From the NCBI RefSeq assembly GCF_009914755.1, contig NC_060948.1: a stretch of DNA of 64,000 bases. One strand, 5' to 3'. Numbering within the stretch: the first letter of the stretch is position 1; each line of letters begins with the position of its first letter. Positions 1-10,843 of the stretch are shown piece by piece. A program made the position numbers and the translations under genes. This DNA comes from the human T2T-CHM13v2.0 reference genome, Homo sapiens. Under the pieces are notes generated by a model. That model was not told where the DNA came from. It did no database searches and saw only the letters and a list, made by a program, of their open reading frames with translations.

Positions 1-2014
1 TCGAATGGAAGGCAAAGGAATAGAATCTATTGGAATGGACTGTAATGGAATGGAATGGAAAGGATTGGAATGGACTCGAATGGAATGGACTGCAATAGAA
101 AGGATTCGAATGGAATGAAAAAGAATTGAATGGAATAGAACAGAATGGAGTCAAATCGAATGTAACGGAATGGAATTGAAAGGAATGGAAAGAAATGGAA
201 TGGAAAGGATTCGAATGGAATGCAATCGAAGGGAATGCAATCGAATGGAATGGAATCGAACGGAATGGAATAAAATGGAAGAAAACTGGCAAGAAATGGA
301 ATCGAAATAAATGGAGTGTTATGGAACGGACTCAAAAGGAATTGAATGTAATAGAATGGAGTGGAGTGGACTCGAATATAATGGACTGGAATGGAATGGA
401 ATCACATGGAATGGGAACGAATGGAATGGAATGGAAAGGAATGGAATCGAATGGAAAGGAATCGAATGGAAGGTAATGAAATTGAATCAACAGGAATGGA
501 AGGGAATAGAATAGACTGTAATGGAATGGACTCGAATAGAATGGACACGAATGCTCAAATTGAATGGACTCGTATAGAATGGAAACGAAAGGAATGTCAT
601 CGAATGGAATTGAATGGATTGGAATGAAATCGCATAGAATGGAGTGGAATCTAATGGAATTGAATTGAAAGTAAAGGAAGCGAATGGACTGAAATGAAAT
701 GGAATGGAATTGAATGGAAAGTAATGCAATGGAATGGAATGGAACGAAATTTCACGGAATGGAATCAAACAGAATGGAATCAAATCAATGGAATATAATC
801 AAATGGAATGGATAGGAATTGAATGGAATAGATTGGATTGGAAGGGATTGGAATGCAATGGAATGGGAAGTACTCGAATTTAATGAAACGGAATGGAATG
901 GACTCGAATGGAATGGAATGTCATGGAATGGCATCAAATGGAATGGCATCAAATGGAATGGAATCGAATGCAATGGAATGTTATGGAATGGAATGGGATG
1001 CATTGGAATGAAATGTCCTCTAATGGAATGGATTCGAGTGGTATGGAATCTAATATAATGGAGTCGAATGAAATGGAATTGAAAGGAATGGGATCGAATA
1101 GAATGGAATATACTGGAATGTAATGTAATGAAGTCGAATGTAATTGACTGGAATTGAATGTACGTGAATGGAATGTAATCGAATGGAAAGTAATCCAATG
1201 GAATAGAATCTAATGCAATAAAATCGACTCGAATGGAATAGAATGTAATGGAATGGAATGCAGTGCAGTGGAACGGAATGGAATGGAATGCAATGGAGTG
1301 GAATGGAATGGAATGGAATGGGATGGAATGGTTTGGAATGGATAGTAATGGACTGGAGTGAAATGGACTGGAAAGGAATGGACTCAAATTGAAAGGGCTC
1401 GAAAGGAATGGAGTCAAATGGAATGATCTGAAATGGAATGAACTCGAATGTAATACAATCCAATAGAATGGAAACAAATGGAATGGAATTGAATGGAATG
1501 GAATTGAATGGAATGGGAACGAATGGAGTGAAATTGTATGGAATAGAAGAGAATAGAATGGAATGCAAGGGAAAGGAAAGGAATGGATTGGAATGGAATG
1601 GAATTCATTGGAATGGAAGGGAATGTAGTGTAATGGACAGGCCTGGAATAAACTGGAATGCTACGGTCTCGAATGGAATAAAAATGTATGGAATGGAATG
1701 CAATGAAACGGAATCGAATGTCATAGAATGTAATGGAATGCAAAAAAATGGACTCCAAAATCATTGACTGGAAAGGCTGGGTGTCGAAAGGAATTGACTC
1801 CAATGGAATGGAATCGAATGGAATGGAAGTGAATAGAATCGAACTAAATCGAATGGAATGGAATTGATAGGAACGGAATGGAAAGGAATGGAATGATTTG
1901 GCATGGAATGGAATCGAATGGCATCGAATGGAATGGAATGGAATGCAATGGAATGGAATGTATTAGAATGTAATGAACTTTAATGGGATGTACTCGAATG
2001 GATTCGACTGGAAT

Positions 2015-2029
2015 GGAATGTTCTGGAAG
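2015..2029. promoter_or_regulatory. Perfect heat-shock-element consensus match (nGAAnnTTCnnGAAn), site 1; recurs once per unit
   Basis: gGAAtgTTCtgGAAg; also at 5523-5537, 9058-9072 and the homologous position of the other units. Motif match only; function untested. Confidence 0.45.
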
Positions 2030-2299
2030 TGAATGGACTCCAATGGAATGGATTCGAAAGGAATGGAATCGAACGGAATGGAATCTAATGGAATGGAATT
2101 AAATGGAAAGGAATCAAGTGGAATAGCACGGAATTGAATTGAATGGAATCGAATGCAATGGAATCTAATGAAACGGAAAGGAATGGAATGGAATGGGCTG
2201 GAATGGAATGGGCTGGAATGGAATGGAATCGAAACGAATGGAATGGAATCGAACTGCAGATACTGCAATGGAATGTACTGGAATGCAACGGAGTGTAAT

Positions 2300-2314
2300 G
2301 GAAGGTTCTCGAAA
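2300..2314. promoter_or_regulatory. Perfect heat-shock-element consensus match, site 2; recurs in most units
   Basis: gGAAggTTCtcGAAa; also at 5803-5817 and 9338-9352; disrupted in U9, U16 and U18. Motif match only. Confidence 0.4.
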
Positions 2315-3814
2315 AGAATGGAATCGAATGGAATGCAATGGAATGGAACGGAATAGAGTCGAATGGAATTGAATGGAATGGAATTGACTAGAGTGAAATG
2401 TAATCGAATCACAAGGAATGGACAGGAATAGAATGGTCTCGAATTGAATGGAATCGTATGGAATGGCATCAAACGGAATGGAATGGACAGCCACGTAATG
2501 GAAAGCACTCGAATGCAATGGAGTCGAAACTAATGGACTGGAATAGAATGGACTCGACTGGTACGGACTCCAATGGAATGGAATGGAATGGAAGGGAATC
2601 GAACGGAATGGACTCGAAGTGAAAAGACTGCAACGGAAAGGTTTCGAATGGAATGGAAATTAATGGAATGGAATGGAATCGAATGAAATGGAGTCAAAAG
2701 GAATGGAATCGAATGGCAAGGAATCGAATGTAATGGAATCGCAAGGAATGGATGTGAACGGAACGGAATGGAATGGAATCAAAAGGAACGGAATAGAATG
2801 GAATGGAATCGAATGGAAAGGACTCGAATGGAAATCACTTGAATAGAATGAAATTTAATAAAATAGGATCAAATGTAATGGAATGGAATGGAAAGGAATC
2901 GAAACGAAAGGAATGGAGACAGATGGAATGGAATGGAACAGAGAGCAATGATATAGAATGGAATGGAAGCATCTGGAATGGAATTGAATGGAATGGAATA
3001 ATATGATACGGAATGGAATGGAATGGAATGCCCTTGAATTAAATGGACTGGAATGGAATGGACTCGAACAGAGTGGAATGGAAAGTGTTGAAATAGAATG
3101 GAATGGACTCCTTTGGAATGGTCTAGTATGAAATGCAATCGACTGGCAGGGAATCAAAAGGAATGTAATCGAATGGATTGGACTGGAATGCAATGGACTC
3201 GAATAGATAGGAAACGGAATGCAAAGGAATGGAATGGAATAGTATGGAATGGAATGGAAAGGAATGGAGTGGAATAGACTAGAGTGGAATGGAATGGACT
3301 CGAAAGCAATGGACTGGAATGAAACTTTCTTGAATGGACTGGAATCAAACGGAATGGAGTGCAATGCAATCAAAAGGCATGGAATAAAATAGAATGAAAG
3401 AGAATCAAATGGAATTGAATCGAATGGAATCGAATGGATTGGAAAGGAATAGAATGGAATGGAATGGAACTGACTCAAATGGAATGGACTAGAATGGAAT
3501 GGAGTCGAATGGAAGGCAAAGGAATAGAATCTATTGGAATGGACTGTAATGGAATGGAATGGAAGGGATTGGAATGGACTCGAATGGAATGGACTGCAAT
3601 AGAAAGGATTCGAATGGAATGAAAAAGAATTGAATGGAATAGAACAGAATGGAATCAAATGGAATGTAACGGAATGAAATTGAAAGGAATGGAATGAAGT
3701 GGAATGGAAAAGATTCGAATGGAATGCAATCGAAGGGAATGCAATCGAATGGAATGGAATCGAACGGAATGGAATAAAATGGAAGAAAACTGGCAAGAAA
3801 TGGAATCGAAATGA

Positions 3815-6800
3815 ATGGAGTGTTATGGAACGGACTCAAAAGGAATTGAATGTAATAGAATGGAGTGGAGTGGACTCGAATATAATGGACTGGAATGGAA
3901 TGGAATCTCATTTAATGGGAACGAATGGAATGGAATGGAAAGGAATGGAATCGAATGGAAAGGAATCTTATGGAAGGGAAGGAAATTGAATCAACAGGAA
4001 TGGAAGGGAATAGAATAGACTGTAATGGAATGGACTCGAATAGAATGGACACGAATGCTCAAATTGAATGGACTCGTATAGAATGGAAACGAAAGGAAAG
4101 TCATCGAATGGAATTGAATCGATTGGAATGAAATCGCATAGAATGGAGTGGAATCTAATGGAATTGAATCGAAAGTAAAGGAAGCGAATGGACTGAAATG
4201 AAATGGAATGGAATTGAATGGAAAGTAATGCAATGGAATGGAATGGAACGAAATTTCACGGAATGGAATCAAACAGAATGGAATCAAATCAATGGAATAT
4301 AATCAAATGGAATGGATAGGAATTGAATGGAATAGATTGGATTGGAAGGGATTGGAATGCAATGGAATGGGAAGGACTCGAATTTCATGAAACAGAATGG
4401 AATGGACTCGAATGGAATGGAATGTCATGGAATGGCATCAAATGGAATGGCATCAAATGGAATGGAATCGAATGCAATGGAATGTTATGGAATGGAATGG
4501 GATGCATTGGAATGAAATGTCCTCTAATGGAATGGATTCGAGTGGAATGGAATCGAATATAATGGAGTCGAATGAAATGGAATTGAAAGGAATGGGATCG
4601 AATAGAATGGAATATACTGGAATGTAATGGAATGAAGTCGAATGTAATTGACTGGAATGGAATGTATGTGAATGGAATGTAATCGAATGGAAAGTAATCC
4701 AATGGAATAGAATCTAATGCAATAAAATCGACTCGAATGGAATAGAATGGAATGGAATGGAATGCAGTGCAATGGAACGGAATGGAATGGAATGCAATGG
4801 AATGGAATGGAATGGAATGGAATGGAATGGGATGGAATGGTATGGAATGGATAGTAATGGACTGGAGTGAAATGGACTGGAAAGGAATGGACTCAAATTG
4901 AAAGGGCTCGAAAGGAATGGAGTCAAATGGAATGATCGGTAATGGAATGAACTCGAATGTAATGCAATCCAATAGAATGGAAACAAATGGAATGGAATTG
5001 AATGGAATGGAATTGAATGGAATGGGAACGAATGGAGTGAAATTGTATGGAATAGAAGAGAATAGAATGGAATGCAAGGGAAAGGAAAGGAATGGATTGG
5101 AATGGAATGGAATTCATTGGAATGGAAGGGAATGTAGTGTAATGGACAGGCCTGGAATAAACTGGAATGCTACGGTCTCGAATGGAATAAAAATGTATGG
5201 AATGGAATGCAATGAAACGAATCGAATGTCATAGAATGTAATGGAATGCAAAAAAATGGACTTCAAAATCATTGACTGGAAAGGCTGGGTGTCGAAAGGA
5301 ATTGACTCCAATGGAATGGAATCGAATGGAATGGAAGTGAATAGAATCGAACTAAATCGAATGGAATGGAATTGATAGGAACGGAATGGAAAGGAATGGA
5401 ATGATTTGGCATGGAATGGAATCGAATGGCATCGAATGGAATGGAATGGAATGCAATGGAATGGAATGTATTAGAATGTAATGAACTTTAATGAGATGTA
5501 CTCGAATGGATTCGACTGGAATGGAATGTTCTGGAAGTGAATGGACTCCAATGGAATGGATTCAAAAGGAATGGAATCGAACAGAATGGAATCTAATGGA
5601 ATGGAATTAAATGGAAAGGAATCAAATGGAATAGCACGGAATTGAATTGAATGGAATCGAATGCAATGTAATCTAATGAAACGGAAAGGAAAGGAACGGA
5701 ATGGCATGGAATGGGCTGGAATGGAATGGAATCAAAACGAATGGAATGGAATCGAACTGAAGAGACTGGAATGGAATGCACTGGCATGGAAGGGAGTTTA
5801 ATGGAAGGTTCTCGAAAAGACTGGAATCGAATGGAATGGAATTGAATGGAACGGATATAGAGTCAAATGGAATTGAATGGAATGGAATGGAGTAGAGTGA
5901 AATGGAATCGAGTCACAAGGAATGGACAGGAATAGAACGGTCTCGAATTGAATGGAATCGTATGGAATGGAATTCAACGGAATGGAATGGACAGCCACGG
6001 AATGGAATGCACTCGAATGCAATGGACTCGAAACTAATGGACTGGAATCGAATGGACTCGACTGGTACGGACTCCAATGGAATGGAATCGAATGGAATGG
6101 AATCGAACGGAATGGACTCGAAGTGATAAGAGTGCAATGGAAAGGTCTCGAATGGAATGGAAATTAATGGAATGGAATGGAATCGAATGAAATGGAGTCA
6201 AAAGGAATGGAATCGAATGGCAAGAAATCGAATGTAATGGAATCACAAGGAATGGATGTGAACGGAACGGAATGGAATGGAATCAAAAGGAATGGAATCG
6301 AATGGAATGGACTCGAATGGAAATGACTCGAATAGAATGGAATTCAACAAAATAGAATCAAATGTAATGGAATGGAATGGAAAGGAATCGAAACGAAAGG
6401 AATGGAGACAGATGGAATGGAATGGAACAGAGAGCAATGGTATATAATGGAATGGAATCATATGGAATGGAATTGAATGGAATGGAATAATATGAAATGG
6501 AATGGAAAGGAATGGAATGCACTTGAATTAAATGGACTGGAATGGAATGGACTCGAACGGAGTGGAATGGAAAGGATTGAAATAGAATGGAATGGACTCC
6601 TTTGGAATGGTCTAGTATGCAATGCAAACGACTGGCAGGGAATCAAAAGGGATGTAATCGAATGGATTGGACTGGAATACAATGGACTCGAATACATTGG
6701 AAACGGAATGCAATGGAATGGAATGGAATAGTATGGAATGGAACGGAAAGGAATGAAGTAGAATGTACTAGAGTGGAATGGAATGGACTCGAAAGCAATG

Positions 6801-7308
6801 GACTGGAATGGAACGATCTTGAATGGACCGGAATCAAACGGAACGGAATGCAATGCAAGGCAATCAAATGGAATGGAATAAAAGGGAATGAAAGAGAATC
6901 AAATGCAATTGAATCGAATGGAATCGAATGGATTGGAAAGGAATAGAATGGAATGGAATGGAATTGACTCAAATGGAATGGACTAGAACGGAATGGAGTC
7001 GAATGGAAGGCAAAGGAATGGAATCTATTGGAATGGACTGTAATGGAATGGCATGGAAGGGATTGGAATGGACTCGAATGGAAAGGACTGCAATAGAAAG
7101 GATTCGAATGGAATGAAAAAGAATTGAATGGAATAGAACAGAATGGAATCAAATCGAATGAAATGGAATGGAATAGAAAGGAATGGAATGAAATGGAATG
7201 GAAAGGATTCAAATGGAATGCAATCGAATGGAATGCAATCGAATGGAATGGAATCGAACGGAATGGAATAAAATGGAAGGAAACTGGCAAGAAATGGAAT
7301 CGAAATGA
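3815..7308 (+). repeat. Unit U2, 3494 bp, chimeric: U1-like up to ~5630, core/flank-like afterwards
   Basis: Landmarks at 3815 and 7309; keeps GGCC at 5149 but carries core-type sequence (ctgaagagactgg, ggatatagag) from ~5690. Confidence 0.88.
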
Positions 7309-10300
7309 ATGGAGTGTTATGGAACGGACTCCAAAGGAATTGAATGTAATAGAAAGGAGTGGAGTGGACTCGAATATAATGGACTGGAATGGAATGGAAT
7401 CACATGGAATGGGAACGAATGGAATGGAATGGAAAGGAATGGAATCGAATGGAAAGGAATCAAATGGAAGGGAATGAAATTGAATCAACTGGAATGGAAG
7501 GGAATAGAATAGACTGTAATGGAATGGACTCGAATAGAATGGACACGAATGCTCAAATTGGATGGACTCGAATGGAATGGAAACGAAAGGAATGTCATCG
7601 AATGGAATTGAATCGATTGGAATGAAATGGCATAGAATGGAGTGGAATGAAATGGAATTGAATCGAAAGGAAAGGAAGCGAATGGACTGAAATGAAATGG
7701 AATGGAATTGAATGGAAAGTAATGCAATGGAATAGAATGGAACGAAATTTCACGGAATGGAATCAAACAGAATGGAATCAAATCAATGGAATATAATCAA
7801 ATGGAATGGAATGGAATGGAAAGGAATTGAATGGAATAGATTGGATAGGAAGGGATTGGAATGCAATGGAATGGAAAGGACTCGAATTTCATGAAACGGA
7901 ATGGAATGAATTGGAATGGAATGGACTCGAATGGAATGGAATGTCATGGAATGGCATCAAATGGAATGGAATCAAATGGAATGGCATCGAATGCAATGGA
8001 ATGTTATGGAATGGAATGGAATGTATTGGAATGGAATGTCCTCTAATGGAATGGATTCGAGTGGAATGGAATCGAATATAATGGAGTCGAATGAAATGGA
8101 ATTGAAAGGAATGGGATCGAATAGAATGGAATATACTGGAATGTAATGTAATGAAGTCGAATGTAATTGACTGGAATGGAATGTACATGAATGGAATGTA
8201 ATCGAATGGAAAGTAATCCAATGAAATAGAATCTAATGCAATAAAACCGACTCAAATGGAATAGAATGTAATGGAATGGAGTGCAGTGCAATGGAATGGA
8301 ATGGAATGGAATGCAATGGAGTGGAATGGAATGGAATGGGATGGAATGGTATGGAATGGATAGTAAAGGACTGGAGTGAAATGGACTGTAAAGGAATGGA
8401 CTCCAATTGAAAGGGCTCGAAAGGAATGGAGTCAAATGGAATGGTCTGGAATGGAATGAACTCGAATGTAATGCAATCCAATAGAATGGAATCGAATGGA
8501 ATGGAATATAAAGAAATGGAATCGACGAGAATGGAAACAGATGGAATGGAATTGAAAGGAATGGAATTGAATGGAATGGGCACGAATGGAATGAAATTGT
8601 ATGGAATAGAAGAGAATAGAATGGAATGCAATGGATAAGAAAGGAATGGATTGGAATGGAAGGGAATGTAGTGTAATGGACTGGCATGGAATAAACTGGA
8701 ATGCTACGGTCTCAAATGGAATAAAAATGTATGGAATGGAATGCCATGAAACGGAATCGAATGTCATAGAATGTAATGGAATGCAAAGAAATGGACTCCA
8801 AAATCATTGACTGGAAAGGCTGGGTGTCGAAAGGAATTGACTCCAATGGAATGGAATCGAATGGAATGGAAGTGAATAGAATCGAACTAAATCGAATGGA
8901 ATGGAATTGATAGGAACGGAATGGAAAGGAATGGAATGATTTGGCATGGAATGGAATCGAATGGCATCGAATGGAATGGAATGGAATGCAATGGAATGGA
9001 ATGTATTAGAATGTAGTGAACTTTAATGGAATGAACTCGAATGGATTCGACTGGAATGGAATGTTCTGGAAGTGAATGGACTCCAATGGAATGGATTCCA
9101 AAGGAATGGAATCGAAGGGAATGGAATCTAATGGAATGGAATGAAATGGAAAGGAATCCAATCGAATAGCACGGAATTGAATTGAATGGAATCGAATGCA
9201 ATGGAATCTAATGAAACGGAAAGGAAAGGAACGGAATGGCATGGAATGGGCTGGAATGGAATGGAATCGAAACGAATGGAATGGAATCGAACTGAAGAGA
9301 CTGGAATGGAATGCACTGGCATGGAAGGGAGTTTAATGGAAGGTTCTCGAAAAGACTGGAATGGAATGGAATGGAATTGAATGGAACGGATATAGAGTCA
9401 AATGGAATTGAATGGAATGGAATGGAGTAGAGTGAAATGGAATCGAGTCACAAGGAATGGACAGGAATAGAACGGTCTCGAATTGAATGGAATCGTATGG
9501 AATGGAATTCAACGGAATGGAATGGACAGCCACGGAATGGAATGCACTCGAATGCAATGGACTCGAAACTAATGGACTGGAATCGAATGGACTCGACTGG
9601 TACGGAGTCCAATGGAATGAAATCGAATGGAATGGAATCGATCGGAATGGACTCGAAGTGATAAGAGTGCAATGGAAAGGTCTCGAATGGAATGGAAATT
9701 AATGGAATGGAATGGAATCGAATGAAATGGAGTCAAAAGGAATGGAATCGAATGGCAAGAAATCGAATGTAATGGAATCACAAGGAATGGATGTGAACGG
9801 AACGGAATGGAATGGAATCAAAAGGAATGGAATCGAATGGAATGGACTCGAATGGAAATGACTCGAATAGAATGGAATTCAACAAAATAGAATCAAATGT
9901 AATGGAATGGAATGGAAAGGAATCGAAACGAAAGGAATGGAGACAGATGGAATGGAATGGAACAGAGAGCAATGGTATATAATGGAATGGAATCATATGG
10001 AATGGAATTGAATGGAATGGAATAATATGAAATGGAATGGAAAGGAATGGAATGCACTTGAATTAAATGGACTGGAATGGAATGGACTCGAACGGAGTGG
10101 AATGGAAAGGATTGAAATAGAATGGAATGGACTCCTTTGGAATGGTCTAGTATGCAATGCAAACGACTGGCAGGGAATCAAAAGGAATGTAATCGAATGG
10201 ATTGGACTGGAATACAATGGACTCGAATACATTGGAAACGGAATGCAATGGAATGGAATGGAATAGTATGGAATGGAACGGAAAGGAATGAAGTAGAATG

Positions 10301-10843
10301 GACTAGAGTGGAATGGAATGGACTCGAAAGCAATGGACTGGAATGGAACGATCTTGAATGGACCGGAATCAAACGGAACGGAATGCAATGCAAGGCAATC
10401 AAATGGAATGGAATAAAAGAGAATGAAAGAGAATCAAATGCAATTGAATCGAATGGAATCGAATGGATTGGAAAGGAATAGAATGGAATGGAATGGAATT
10501 GACTCAAATGGAATGGACTAGAACGGAATGGAGTCGAATGGAAAGCAAAGGAATGGAATCTATTGGAATGGACTGTAATGGAATGGCATGGAAGGGATTG
10601 GAATGGACTCGAATGGAAAGGACTGCAATAGAAAGGATTCGAATGGAATGAAAAAGAATTGAATGGAATAGAACAGAATGGAATCAAATCGAATGAAATG
10701 GAATGGAATAGAAAGGAATGGAATGAAATGGAATGGAAAGGATTCAAATGGAATGCAATCAAATGGAATGCAATCGAATGGAATGGAATCGAACGGAATG
10801 GAATAAAATGGAAGGAAACTGGCAAGAAATGGAATCGAAATGA
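7309..10843 (+). repeat. Unit U3, 3535 bp (core subtype)
   Basis: Landmark spacing 7309 to 10844. Confidence 0.9.

Larger units (their letters stand above)
311..3814 (+). repeat. Higher-order unit U1, 3504 bp, 'classical' subtype with HaeIII/StuI, EcoRI and PstI sites
   Basis: Landmark atggagtgttatggaacggactc at 311 and 3815; AGGCCT 1639-1644; GAATTC 1601-1606; CTGCAG 2254-2259. The unit boundary is an arbitrary landmark. Confidence 0.9.

Noticed and set aside
1646-1682. AATAAA hexamers (about 1647 and 1677, recurring per unit) as polyadenylation signals
   Set aside because: They are easily generated from GGAAT variants and there is no evidence of a transcript end from sequence alone.
311-3814. 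Internal sub-periodicity within the 3.5-kb unit (recurrent tgggaacgaatgg, gactccaatgg, ggtctcgaa)
   Set aside because: The spacings are irregular and the motifs are short derivatives of the pentamer; I cannot support it without an autocorrelation analysis.
4379-4392. gaatttcatgaa as a third heat-shock element
   Set aside because: The spacing between the first GAA and TTC is off by one base; only a two-unit TTCnnGAA remains.
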